From Octopus sinensis (lineage: Eukaryota): a stretch of 64,000 nucleotides of DNA. How positions within the stretch are numbered: position 1 is the stretch's first letter; each line of letters begins with the position of its first letter. This document shows, piece after piece, positions 10,901 through 25,900 of this stretch. Below the pieces are notes generated by a model. The model did no database searches and was not told the origin of the DNA. It saw nothing but the letters and a program-made list of their open reading frames with translations. Both the position numbers and the translations under genes were made by a program. The stretch is taken from positions 150,412,001 through 150,476,000 of the forward strand of contig NC_043000.1 in assembly GCF_006345805.1 (NCBI RefSeq), read 5' to 3'.

Positions 10901-13900
10901 TTTGAGACAAATGACAACCTCATTTTGTTAATGAGAGACGAAGCTCATTTTCATCTCAATGGCATGGTGAATCAACAGAACTGTCATTATTGGGCTCTTG
11001 ATAATCTGAGAGAACTGCACAGCCCATAGTGACGGTCTGGTGTGCTGTTGGAAAAGCTGCCATCATTGGACCTTACATTTTTGTAGACAATATTGGAAAT
11101 GCTGTTACTGTGAACTCTGAGTGTAACATTGAGATGATAAACAACTTGACGAAAATGAATGCCCATTCGACAAGTGTGGCTTCAGCAGGATGGAGCGACG
11201 GTCCACACAGCCAGGGCATCAATGGATGTTCTTCACCCTCTCTTCGGTGACCACCTCATTTCCGGGTTTACTGATATTCCTTCCCCCAAGGTCCCCCAAA
11301 GAAAGAATTACAAAGAAACTAAAGAAAATATAAAAAAACAACAACAAAAATCCAGGTTTGAATAAACAAGTTTCACTTACTCTTGTAATAGTGTCTGAGC
11401 TTCAACAACAATATCTTGTGCCTGTTGAGAAAAATCTTTTACATCAAATTCTTCCAAATATTTCTTGATTTTCCGTAAATCTAAAAACGATTTTCCTTTT
11501 TTCTCAAGTCCACTAAACCTTTGCTTTGCACCCTGAAATGAAAAATTCTACATATAGTAATGGTTTCAATCAAAAACAAATTGAACACTTCTAACCCTTT
11601 CATTTACCATATTTCTGATGAAAGAAACTGCCTTTTGTTTTAATTAATTTAGAAAATGAAAAATGGCAGGCATTGAAACAATGATGATTAAAGGAAAAGT
11701 CATTTCTCTAGAATCAAGAAGATTTGTTAATAACAATCAGAGATCACTAATCAATACAATCTTATTATTTTAATCTTAGACTGAAACTGATAAATTTGAA
11801 CAATTGGGTAAAATTGAATTTTCAGTTGAAAATAAATACAGCAGTACCTGATAACCAGAATTTTTGAAACAATTACATTTGACCTAATTTTTACACTGAT
11901 GATTGGAAAGTTATCACCATCAGAAATTTGCATGTCTTTCTCCACAGTGGCTGTGTGGTAAGTAGCTTGCTAACCAACCACATGGTTCCGGGTTCAGTCC
12001 CACTGCATGGCACCTTTGGCAAGTGTCTTCTGCTATAGCCCCGGGCCGACCAATGCCTTGTGAGTGGATTTGGTAGACGGAAACTGAAAGAAGCCTGTCG
12101 TATATATATGATTCCATAGGTGCAGGCACGACTGTATGATTAAAAGGCAGCGAGCTGGCAGAAACGTTAGCACGTTACGTTGTGAGTTCAAATTCCGCCG
12201 AGGTCGACTTTGCCTTTCATCCTTTCGGGGTCGATAAATTAAGTACCAGTTACGCACTGGGGTCGATGTAATCGACTTAATACCTATGTCTGTCCTTGTT
12301 TGTCCCCTTGTGGGTAATAAAGAAATATGTATGATTAAGAAGCTTGCTTTCCAACCATATCATTCCAGTTACAGTTCCACTGCATGATACCTTCATAGTT
12401 CCAAACCAACCAAAGCCTTGTGCGTAGATTTGGTAAAGGGAAACTGAAGAAGCCTGTCGTATTTGTAGTGACGTCATTTTCCAGTGTGCGCACACGCAAC
12501 GTCATTCTTCAGTGTGTGTGTGCGGAACGTCATTCTTCAGTGTGCGTGTGCGGGGCTGGAGCCTTCTGGAAAGGCCTAAGGAAGTTCTCTCATGCACATG
12601 CGCGAGAGACTGGGGAAGAAAATTCTATCGCGTTCCTTGTTAGCGTCGTTGACTTGAGACATGGCTATTGAAGAGAAAGGACGTATTAAACGTGTGATCA
12701 GCCATTCTCCTGTCCCAGACACTTAGAATTTGACCTGCTCTGTTGCTGCTGAATTTGTTGTAAGAATCTTACAAATGTTAAAATTCAGCCTTGCTATATC
12801 GAACCAAATGGATACCAATATATCAACATACTTCTTTTGTAAATAAGAAATAAAGAGAATATATATTTTTAAGGTTGCGTTCTTGTTCCTGACTGGTAGA
12901 TTCTGGAAATTAAAAGAAAGGAAATTGGTTGCACCCGAACAGTGTAAAGAATTAACCAGTTCCATTGCATATTTATGTATGTCTGTGGGAACGTGTGTAT
13001 GTGTGACTTGGTGTTGCCTTGTCTTGACATTGCATGATACATGTAAACGAGTGTCACCATCATATAGCGGTGTCCTTCATTTCCAATCTTCTGTAAAATA
13101 ACATGTCCGACCATTGAGTAAAATTACCTTACTTGGAAATAGGTGAGGGTTGGCAATAGGAAGGCCATCCAACCATAGAAAATCTGCTTCAACAAATTCT
13201 GTCCCCATAAGGATAAAAGGTAAAGTTGATCTTGGTGGGATCTGAACTCACAACGTAAAGAGTTGGAAGAAATACTGTAAAGCATTCTGGCCAACATGCT
13301 AATGATTGGAAATTGTATAGATTTCCTTTTTGAGTAAGCATTTCACATCTGAATGCTCATTTTAACATCAAACGATTGCCTAAAAAGCAAGCACATTATC
13401 TAAAAAGTATGGAAACAGTCTAAAAAGCAGTCTATTTTTCAGCTGGGCATGAGACAAGATGCATTGCTTTTAAGATAAGAGTATGATACCAGAACCTGTC
13501 TTAGAATTAATCAACTTTAAATCTCTCGGTATTAGACTATGTTACTAGTTCTGTCAGCTGTATCGATTTGATTACATTTGTAATAATATAACAGGAATTA
13601 TTCATTAGTCACTGTGTATGGATTTAGTACTTAAATTTATTGGCTTCCCAGATCCCCGGTCGAATCGTCCAACCCATGCTAGCATGGAGAACGGACGTTA
13701 AACGATGATGATGATGATGATTACACAGTTTTTAAAATTTTCCTTCAATATATGTAATATATATATCATCATCATTATTGTTTCAACATCTATTTTTCCA
13801 AGCTTGCATGGGCTGAACACAATTTGTTGAGGTGAATTTTTATAACCAGATGCCCTTCCAGTCACCAACCCTCAACTGCTTCAAGTAAGGTAATATTTCC

Positions 13901-16900
13901 CTCAAATCAGATTTGGAAATGACAGACACCACTTGCATGACAGTGACACTCATTTACAACTATCATTCATGTTAATACAAGGAGCCAGAATACACACCAC
14001 ACACCCACACACACACACACACAATATATATATATATATATGCATATGTATATATATATTATAATATAGATATATATATTACATATTTATATTATATACA
14101 TATGTATATATACATATTATATATAATATATATATAATATACTATGTATATATACATATGTATATATATATATATACATATATATATATACATATGTATA
14201 TATACATATGTATATATATATATATACATATATATATATGTATATATATATACATATATCTAAACCAGCTCACACACTCCTCTCCATACACTTTCTGCAA
14301 CTTTGTGTCGGCCTCTCAAACCTCATACATATATATATATATATATATATACATATATATGAGGTTTGAGAGGCCGACACAAAGTTGCAGAAAGTGTATG
14401 GAGAGGAGTGTGTGAGCTGGTTTAGATATTTCCAAGATGGCTGAAAAAATGTTGATATTGATGAACATTTTGGGAGACCCCCAACCAACAGAACTCAAAG
14501 AAACATCGCAGATGTGCATGCAACTGTGAGGGGAAATTGTTGAATCACCATCCGTGAGTTATCAGAGGATGTGTAGACTAGTTACAGTTCAGTTCAGTCC
14601 ATTATGACTAAGGATTTGGGTATGAGACGCACGACTGCCAAGTTTATGCCAAAACTGCTTTCAGCTGATCAAGAAGACAACCAGGTTTCAGTTGCACAAG
14701 ATCTCTTTGATTGTGTCGAGGATGAAAAGACTTTTTGAAAACTTTGCGTAGGCTTCTGAGTAGGTATCGCCAAGCTTTTGGCAAAATTTGATGCAGATTC
14801 TCTGCTCGACTTTCTCTGTGGTGCTCAATGCGACAACCACACATTACACATCTTCCTTCCAAGCATTGCCGTAAAAGGTGAAAGTGAGCTGGAAAGTTAA
14901 AACTTACTGCACATGCTCAGCAGAGTTCAAGGTCAATCTGTGCCAAGCGGCTTAACTTTGTGGGCTTTAGCTTCATTACTATGGCAACAGTCCAGATACT
15001 TATTGGATCAGACCACGTATCATCATCATCATCATCATCATTTAATGTCCATGTTGGCATCGGGATCTGATGTATCCAAGGACTTAATTAAGCTCCAATG
15101 ACTGCTTTGGCATGGTTTGTGTGGTTGGATGCCCTTTCTAATGCCAACTGCTTCGTAGTATGGACTGGGTGCTTTTTTTGAGCCACCTGCACTATATATT
15201 CTTTTACTTGTTTCAGTCATTTGACTGCGGCCATGCTGGAGCACCGCCTTTAATCGAGCAACTCGACCCCGGGACTTATTCTTTGTAAGCCCAGTACTTA
15301 TTCTATCGGTCTCTTTTGCCGAACCGCTAAGTAACAGGGACGTAAACACACCAGCATCGGTTGTCAAGCAATGCTAGGGGGACAAACACACTCACACAAA
15401 CACACACACGCATATATATATATACATATATACGACGGGCTTCTTTCAGTTTCCGTCTACCAAATCCACTCACAAGGCTTTGGTCGGCCCGAGGCTATAG
15501 TAGAAGACACTTGCCCAAGGTGCCACGCAGTGGGACTGAACCCGGAACCATGTGGTTGGTAAACAAGCTACTTACCACACAGCCACTCCTGTGCCTATAT
15601 ACATATATACATATATATCATATTTCAAATTTAGATTGTAATCCTTTTGTTATAGCTGATGGATTCATAGTAAAATTGTGACAGTAGTGGGCACAATCAT
15701 ATAATCTTTGGGTTTTTATATTCAATATTTTAATAGCATTCTTTGGTTTAATTGCACCTTCCTTTAATAAAAAAAAAAAGACGAGACAGACACATCAAAT
15801 AAGTTATATTTAGAAACATATTTTTGCCTTGAATCTTTTTTACCATTTATATTCTACAGGTATCCTATTTATGATATGGGTGATTAGATTGGCAGTATCA
15901 GATAAATAAAAAGCAGAGTCCAAGGTATCTAACAGTTGTCATGTAAGTTCTACTCTTAATGACAAGAGTGTAACTTGTAGTTTCAGAATAAATGGGAGAA
16001 TGTTTAGGGAAATGATAACCTTGCTAGCAACAAAAGATAAGCAATATATTATGTTGAATGACAAGCAAATAAAATGGAAAGTAGATATGGAGAAGCTGTA
16101 ATGACTGGAGAGAATTGATTTAGTTGAAGTTTACAAAATGAATATTTTTATTGCTGTAAAATGAAGGAATATAGCCTAGCAATTAAGGTGGTTGTGAAGG
16201 CACATGGCCTAGTGGTTGGGGCATTGCGTTCATGATCATAAGATCGGGGTTTCAATTCCTAGATCAGGTGGGGAGTAGTGCTTTTGAACAAAAACACTTC
16301 ATTTCATGTTGCTCAAATTCGTTCAGTTAAAAATGAGTTCCAACAATATCTGGAGAGTTAACCCTGGACGGACTGGCATTCCATTCAAGAGGATTGTGAT
16401 CTTGGTTACTACATACACCATGGAAATCAGGTTAATCTCCAGCCTCATGAGTTACTTTGGGCTCATGACAGACCTCAGTCTAATAAGTAAATAAAGGTAT
16501 ATTTTCAATTCTTTGTTAGCACCTCCATTCACAAAGTGATATTTTTTTTGTTATAAAGAAAAGAGAAATCTCGATTTACTATCAACACTCCCACCAACAA
16601 TTGAAAAAGTACTTTAACATCACTGAACTTAGACCATATTTAAAAAAATATATAATCAGGTGGTGTGACAATTCCATTGACACTGTTGGAGTGCACTGAA
16701 ATTCATATTAGAAGATTAGATCCTACATTGAAGATTCATGAAAAGCTCAAGAACAGAGTTGGATTGCTACCATCAAAAGTAAATTGAGGAATCTCCTTGT
16801 CTCATCAGCTCTACTTCTAAGCACAAAATTAGGCTAAGGCAGAAACCTAGATTTCATTCTTATATTTTGTAAGATCTACAACACGAGTAACACTAAGCCG

Positions 16901-19900
16901 ACTCTTATGTTGATAGTTCCAAAGAAGCTGTGGAGCTTCCGGAAAATGCAAGAGCTTCAGGTTATCTTCTTAACTGAAGAACTACCGAAGCATGCTTAAC
17001 CCTTTTGTTACCAACCCGGCTGAAACTGGCTCTGGCTCTGTTGTACAAATGTCTTGTTTTCTTCCACTAAAATCTTCCACCAAACCTTAGTCACAATTTA
17101 TGTTCCTAACACTAGCTGAATGATAACTAAGTTATTTTACTAATTTCTTTGTTATATTTAAAGTAATTGAAAGAAACACAGAACATCTCAAAATAAATAC
17201 AGTAATGAAAGGGTTAAGTCAATACCAATCACATAATTTTTCATTAGTACCAGAAGTGGCCGTCCCATCACCATTATTTGTAGTTGCCAACTCAGTGAAA
17301 GTTTTTTTACTAAATCTTTATTATTTTGTCAAGTCATCTGAGATATAGCAAGGTGAGATCCCATAAGGCAGAAAACATGCTTAAAAGTGTTACCATATTT
17401 GTCAGAAGTCAAACTCACACCTCACTCATGCCCCCCCCCCCCCCCCCCCCCGCCATTCAATTTTTAATTAATTTGAATATTGAAGTTGTTTCTTTTGTCT
17501 CTCTTGACATGAATTAATCAACAAATCTAATGAGTTCTCCTCAGATGTAATTTCAATTAATTAAATTCTTTTACAGTACTACATTAACCCTTTTACAGTA
17601 GATATATCCACTCAATTGTTAATTACTCTTAAATTCCAGAAAGCAGTTCTATATACCAATCTAGCTTATGTCAAGGAATGTTAGGTTTGAAACTGTTTTC
17701 TGTTGAGATATGTCAAGTTTACTGAGGCAATGTGACTTGCAGAAAAAGCCAATTATATTTTTTGGTAGATGCCAGCTTCGTCTGGTCTCTGTGCTGGTGG
17801 CACGTAAAAAGCACCATCCGATTGTGGCCGTTTGCCAGCCTCGTCTGGCACCTGTGCCGGTGACACGTAAAAAGCACCCACTACACTCACGGAATGGTTG
17901 GCGTAAGGAAGGGCATCCAGCTGTAGAAACACTGCCAGATCAAACTGGGCTTGGTGCAGCCTTCTGGCTTCCCAGACCCCAGTTGAACCGTCCAACCCAT
18001 GCTAGCATGGAAGACGGACGTTAAACGATGATGATGATGATGATTTCTAGAATAACCATGAAATTTAATTTCCAGTTAAAGGGTTATGTATGGTAGTTGT
18101 CACTTGAGAGAAATTAAGCTAAGGAAGACCTGAGAGGAAGTAAAGGGATACAAAAACACTGTTTACAAATGAGGGAAGATATGCTGTTGCATAACATTCA
18201 ACACAAAGAGTGATATTTAGCTACTATTGCCGTGGTAAGTAGCTTGTTTACCAACCACATGGTTCCGGGTTCAGTCCCACTGCGTGGCACCTTGGGCAAG
18301 TGTCTTCTACTATAGCCTCGGGCCGACCAAAGCCTTGTGAGTGGATTTGGTAGACGGAAACTGAAAGAAGCCTGTCGTATATATGTATATATATGTATAT
18401 GTGTGTGTGCGTGTATGTCTGTGTTCGTCCCCCTAGCATTGCTTGACAGCCGATGCTGGTGTGTTTACGTCCCCGTCACTTAGCGGTTCGGCAAAAGAGA
18501 CAGATAGAATAAGTACTGGGCTTACAAAGAATAAGTCCTGGGGTCGAGTTGCTCGATTAAAGGCGGTGCTCCAGCATGGCCGCAGTCAAACGACTGAAAC
18601 AAGTAAAAGAGTAACAAAAACGTACCAGATACTGACTAACATAGACAAAAAGAAAAAAAAAACTTTGTCAATTACCTCAGAAGAAATTAAAGTTGATACA
18701 CCATCACCTTCAGGAGGAACAAAACTTTCAAAAATTCCACCTGAAAAAAAGTAAAAAAATCTCTTTCTTAGATGTAAGAACTTTAATGCAAAGGAAAGCT
18801 GATGTAATGGCTTGTCTTTACATCAGCTTATTTCTGTTATCATCAATTTTTTTCAACAATTGGCACACGTATTGCTGTATGGTTAAGAAGCTTACTTCCC
18901 AACTATGCAGTTTTGGGTTCAGTCCCACTGCATGACATCTTGGGCGAGTGTCTTCTGTTATAGCTCCGTGATGACCAATACCTTGTGAGTGGATTTAGCG
19001 GATAGAAACTGTAAGAAACCCATTGCATAGGGTGAGATGACGATGTGTGAAATTGTTGCTGCTGCTATTACTATGACAACGATGAGACAACAATGATGGT
19101 AATGATGGCAGTAGAAGTAACATTTCATCAGGATTGAGAGATAATGGCAATGATGTAGATTAAAATATAATGGAAGCACTCTGTCGGTTACGACGATGAG
19201 GGTTCCGGTTGATCCGATCAACGGAACAGCCTGCATGTGAAATTAACGTGTAAGTGGCTGAGCACTCCACAGACACGTGTACCCTTAACGTAGTTCTCGG
19301 GGATATTCAGCGTGACACAGAGAGTGACAAGGCCGGCCCATTGAAATACAGGTACAACAGAAACAGGAAGTAAGAGTGAGAGAAAGTTGTGGTGAAAGAG
19401 TACAGCAGGGATCACCACTATCCCCTGCCGGAGCCTCGTAGAGCTTTAGATGTTTTTGATCAATAAACACTCACAACGCCCGGTCTGGGAATCGAAACCG
19501 CGATCTTACGACCGCGAGTCTGCTGCCCTAACCACTGGGCCATTGCGCCTCCACATTAAAATATAAACAATTGTTTTAAATGGAAATAATGTCTAAGAAT
19601 GTGAAGACTTAGTAATGAAATACAACCAATTATATATTGCGAAATACAAAATATAGTGAGATACAAATATGCATCTACCATCATGATCTGCTTCCCTTGC
19701 CAGCATGGGATGGATGGTTTGACATGGAACTGATCAGCTGGGAGCTGTCCAGACTCCAATTGTCTATTGTGACGTTTTCTACAGCTGGATGCCCCTCCTA
19801 ATGCCAACCACTCAACAGAGTGTGCTCGGGATGGTGGGAGAGGTTAAGTGCCACTGGCAAGGGTGTGTTTGCACAGCACCAGCACGGGTGCTTTTTATGT

Positions 19901-22900
19901 GGTACTGGCACCTGAAAGGACAAGCCTATATGTGTAAAAACATTAACAAGTAATCTAACCATATTAATACTCAGTGGAATAAAAATATAGTAAAATAAGT
20001 AGATAAGAGAAACAAAATCCAAGATGAATGACAGTGATAAATAGGTATGAATGTATTATCATTTAACATCCAGTTTTCAAGCTTGCATGGGTCAGACAGA
20101 ATTTATTGAGGCAGATTTTCTAATACCAGATGCTCTTCCACTCACCAACCCTCATGTGTTTCCAAGCAAGGTAATATTTTCCCATAGCTAAACATGTTTT
20201 ACACAGAGGGCTGCAAACAACCTCACTTGTCGGACAATGATGCTCATTTACAACCATCAGATAATGTCTAGACAAGGCAATGCACAAACACACACACAAA
20301 ACAGGTTTTTTCAGTTTTCATCTAACAAATCCACTCACAAGGCATTAGTCAGCCCAAGGCTATAGTAGAAAACATTTACCAAAGGTTCTGTGCAGTGGGA
20401 CTGAACCCAAGGCCCCATGGCTGGGAAGCAAGCGTCTTATCCACATAGTCACACTTGTGTAGTGAAGTTTAATATTGGTCCAGCAAGTCGATTACATAGA
20501 CCCTAGCATTCCACTGGTACTTATTTTATTGACTCCAAAAGGACAAAAAGCAAAGTCAACCCAGGCAGAACTTGAACTCAGAATGTAAAGATGGATGAAA
20601 TGTCGCTAAAGATTTTGCCCAGCAATCTAACGATTCTGTCAGTTCACCATCTTTGCGAAGTTTCATCTTAAATCTTTAGTAGGAAGGTTTCAAACGCAAT
20701 GGTTTGTGGACAACGCATAAAATGGAAAACTGAGTGCATGATGGATAAGAGACAAATATGGTGGGAAGTACCTAAAGAATTAATGTTAGTTAAGAAGTGG
20801 GAGATTATAGGAGTAGATGAGGTTAAGAGCTTTTGAAGTAGGTTATGTTACAGTGATCCTTTTTAGATGTATGGCCCTCATTACAGACAAAGCACATACT
20901 TAGAGCATTCTAGCTGTAATGGGTCATGAGATTGTTTGCAGTATGACTGATGAAAGATTCTGTTGAGGTTTTTTAAAACTTGTATATTTGCAATTTTGAA
21001 TTTCATATGCTTCAAATTTATAAGTTTTCATAATATAACATCACCAATTTTATATTTACCACAGGTGCCTATATTTGTTTCAAAATGCCCACCTTTGTAC
21101 TCCATCCAGCCACATCAATTCACCTTCCCTTTCATTATCCATTATATTCACCCCTCTCTTTCTCATCCATCACCCACTCTCATCATATTTAATCATCATC
21201 ATTTTCATGTCTACTTTTCTACTCTTACATAAGTCAGATGAATTGCACCGAGGCAGATTTTCTGCAGCCAAATGTTCATCATGTTGCCAACCCTCACCTG
21301 TTTACAAGCAAGGCAGCACATCTCCTAATTCTTTGAACAGCATAATGTCCAGACATGTTGGCATTAGAAAGAGCATCCAGCTGCAGAAATTCTGCCAGAT
21401 CAGATTGGAGCCTGGTGCAGCCATCTGGTTCGCTAGTCCTCAGTCAAATCGTCCAACCCATGCTAGCATGGAAAGCAGACATTAAATGATGATGATGATG
21501 ATTGAAATTGAATGGCACCATTTCTACAATAGTGACATTTGTTGACTACTATAGAGCAATGCTTAGACAAGGAGACACAGAACCATATATGCACAACACA
21601 CACACACACTTCTTTCAGTTTAGTAAATCTACTGACAAGGTTTTGGTTGGACTGGAGTTAAAGAAGCTTGTCTGAGGTGCCATGTAGTGGGACTGAACTC
21701 CTTAACCAAGCCCTTCCTTTAGATTGAGTTTCTCTCGTTAAATGGAATCAGTGATTTCAAAGTGAAATTACCACAAGAAGATTTACTTAATAGAAAATAT
21801 AACACCATATAGGCGCAGGAGTGGCTGTGTGGTAAGTAGCTTGTTTACCAACCACATGGTTGAACTCACAATGTAACGGCAGACGAAATACCGCAAAGTA
21901 TTTCGCCCGGCGTGCCAACGTTTCTGCCAGCTTGCCGCCTTTATCTTCCAGTTGGACTGTCTAACCCATGCCAGCATGGAAAATGGATGCTAAATGATGA
22001 TGATGATTCCCTCTGAAAAGATAATTTTTTCAGCATGAGGCCAGTCAATTAAATGGGCTCAATATTTAGGTTCATCATTAATAACTGTTCTTTAAATTCA
22101 AACACACATATCTTGGGCAAGTGTCTTCTGCTATAGCCCCGGGCCGACCAAAGCCTTGTGAGTGCATTTGGTAGACGGAAACTGAAAGAAGCCTGTCGTA
22201 TATATGTATATGTGTATGTGTGTGTGTTTGTGTGTCTGTGTTTGTCCCCCTAGCATTACTTGACAACCGATGCTGGTGTGTTTACGTCCCCGTTACTTAG
22301 CGGTTCGGCAAAAAGAGACCGATAGAATAAAGTACTGGGCTTACAAAAGAATAAGTCCCGGGGTCGAGTTGCCCGATTAAAAGCGGTGCTCCAGCATGGC
22401 CGCAGTCAAATGACTGAAACAAGTAAAAGAGTAATATTTTATGGTAATAATTTAAAAGTAATACCTATATTTCCTTTCACTTATTCCACCACATACACCT
22501 TGGTTGATTAGCAAAAAATATACTTTTATACAGCATGTAAACCACTACGAGGTAAAAAAAACAAACACTTTATTTAAGAAACTTAAAATCACTATGAAGA
22601 GAACAAATAATAAAAAAAATCACATGAGAAAGTAAACGAAGACCGACGTCATTGCCACCACCACCACCGTGACCACCACCACTACGACGACGACCGCCTA
22701 ACAATAAACAAACAAACAGCCGTCACCCACGCCCAGTAACCTAACCGACACTTCTACATCATCAAACAAACGTCATCACTGTCACTCCATCATTACCATA
22801 ACTACGAACAACACGTAACCACCGTTACCACCACCGCCACTATCATTTTACAATGATCTTTTTATTTTGTTTTTTCTAACTTCCTCCTTTTCTCTCACTC

Positions 22901-25900
22901 TTTCACTTTTCTCATGTCTTCTCTTACTATCACTCTCTTTCGTGAATGCTAATACTTCCTTGATTTCAACTACTTCTGCCTCTCTCTTACTCTCTCTCTC
23001 ACACATTCTGTCAGATAAATTTTCTCTTCCTTTTACTTATTCTCTTTATCATTTCTATTTTACTTCTAACTTTTATAACTCCTTCACTATCTTTTCCCAT
23101 TCACCATAATCAACACCACTGCTGCTGCTACTAAAACTGCCAAGTGTTTTCTCATTCTATTTGAGTTACTTCCCTTAGTGTGACACAAAAAAATAGATAG
23201 TTACGAATTTACAATTATATTGATATAAAAAAAAAAAAAATTCTTTTTATTGGCCACAAGGGTTACTATAAATAAAAGAAAACATTCAAGAACAACCCAA
23301 GACGATAAACAAAGGATTTTGCAAAAAAAATATAACAAGTAAAAACTCCCAATAGGAGGGAGGCGCTTTGAAGGTTACTCATGGAAAAAACCCATAAAAG
23401 ACACGGCTGTCTGGTCAACAGGGCGAGAGCCCTTTCTCCTTTTGTACATTTTTTTCTTTTACAAGTGTAATCTCAGAATTGGTCCATCCATACTGGCCAT
23501 TTTCCTGACATTCACCCACCTTTCACCAAATTTGCAAGAAGACAACACTTCCCTCTCTATTCTCACTTTCTTTTTCAGGTGGAGAGGCCTTGGCCAAAGA
23601 GGAAAGTGTCTAACTTTAGCCCTTTCAAATGGGTCCACTATACCTATTTCTTTATTACCCACAAGGGGCCAAAGAAGGACAGACATAGGTATTAAGTCGA
23701 TTACATCGACCCCAGTGCATAACTGGTACTTAATTTATCGACCCCGAAAGGATGAAAGGCAAAGTTGACCTCGGCGGAATTTGAACTCACAACGTAATGC
23801 AGACGAAATACTGCTAAGCATTTCGCCCAGCGTGTTAACGTTTCTGCCAGCTCGCCGCCTTATACCATCTCTTTTGTTACAGCCACCAGATGAATGAAAA
23901 TTGCCTTCCCCTCCTGGTTAAAGGAGGCAGGTGGGGCAATCCTCACTGTGGATTCAGTTGATAGCCGGATCTGTTCTATATGTGACAGCAGCTGTTTGAC
24001 ATAAACCCATAGGTCAGCAATACTCGGGCAATGGACGAGTGCGTGCAGAATGGTTTTGTTGCTCTGAGCACACCTGACAGACGGCTCTTCTGTGCCTGTA
24101 AAGTTTATCCTAAACAGACAACACCCCTCAGTAGCACTGCCAGACGAGGGTCTTCTGGTAGTTATCCATGGGCCCCAGCCTGAAAATTCTCCCAAATAGA
24201 CTGCTTAGTTGATCATCGTTGACGCCTAGAGTTTCCCCGAGAATGTCGTAGCACTTTTCTTCCACTAACCCTCTATAGAACGCTAGAGTGGAACTACTAC
24301 TGATCGTATTGCCTGCCTGGCAGAGGGCAGTGAGTGCTTGACAGCACTCGAGGTTCCAAGCACCCTTTCTCAGTCTACACTTGATCCAAGATTGCAGCTC
24401 AGTCAAAGAGACAAGTTATGGGAAGGCGAGTCTTACAAATGGCGACCACACCTGCTCACCGTCCAGGAAAAACTTGAGATGCCGTAACCAAAGCAATATA
24501 GACAGATCAAGATTTTTCAAACAAACTCAAAGAAATTTTACGGAGGACTGAGGAAGCTATTAAAAATAAAAGCTCCATCCAATATGAATGAAGTTAGGAA
24601 ATTTTGGAAGAACATTTGGAGTAACTCATGGTGACATTTATTTGTATTTTGCTTAGGAGCTCTGTCAAATCAACCTTTACCTAGTTTTGTTCAACATCTT
24701 TCATTGTCCCTGTTGATACAACCTGCTCCTCAAATTATTTGTTAATTACAATTACAGGAATATACTAGGCACCAACCAATGAAATGAGTGCATCATTATT
24801 GTCATCATCATCATCATCATTTAACGTCTGTTGTCTATGCTGGCATGGGTTAGACAGTTTAACTGGAGCTGATTAGCCAGAGAGGCTGCACCAGGTTCCA
24901 GTCTGATTTGGCATGGGTTCTACAGCTGGATGCCCTGCCTAACACCTACCACTTTACTGAGAAAGTCCCCAACTGGTTGATAGGCAGCACAATGTACCTC
25001 CTACCCCAACCCCCAGAAGAAGATAAAAAAAAACTGAAGATCTGTAGACCTATTACATGCTAGTAACCACAACTTAGAAAATTCTGACTTCAACACTTAT
25101 TGTAAGACCACTTTCCTTAAAGAAAACATCATTCCACAAGGAAACATTTTTTCACGCTGAGAGTTGCTGAAGCATGGAACAAACTGCCAGCATCAGTTGT
25201 TAGTTGTCAGAGCACTGCATCCTTCAAAACTTCCATGCTTTCTGAGATTCGCCAACACTACACCTGATTTTCTCCCCTCTATACACACGCAAGCATGTAT
25301 CTGACTCATACACTGTTCACTTCCCAGACATTTGTACATTACTGCATATACTCTATATGCACTTTCTGACAAGTTGTGGTGCACCTGAGCACTGTATACA
25401 ATAATTTTATTATTATTATATTATAAGAACAGAAAGGAGATAAATGGAACAGCTGATGATTAACAAAATAGAGGCATGGACAATGTCCCTTTTTAAACCG
25501 CAACAATAGAGTTGTGCAATCAAGCAAAATCAAAAATTGTGGAATTTTTCAAGGTGATTCTCTTTCACATCCCTTATTCTTGTATGGCACTTCCCACTTT
25601 CAACTAAACTAAATAACACAAAGTGCAGATAGGCGCAGGAGTGGTTGTGTGGTAAGTAGCTTGCTTACCAACCACATCGTTCCAGGTTCAGTCCCACTGC
25701 GTGGCACCTTGGGCAAGTGTCTTCTGCTATAGCCTCGGGCCGACCAAAGCCTTGTGAGTGGATTTGGTAGACGGAAACTGAAAGAAGCCTGTCGTATATA
25801 TGTATGTGTGTGTATGTTTGTGTGTCTGTGTTTGTCCCCCTAGCATTGCTTGACAACCGATGCTGGTGTGTTTATGTCCCCGTTACTTAGCGGTTCGGCA

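Noticed and set aside
19480-19553. tRNA-like sequences (also 25632, 32376, 36484)
   Set aside because: SINE heads with A and B boxes but no complete cloverleaf; each is followed by a repeat body.
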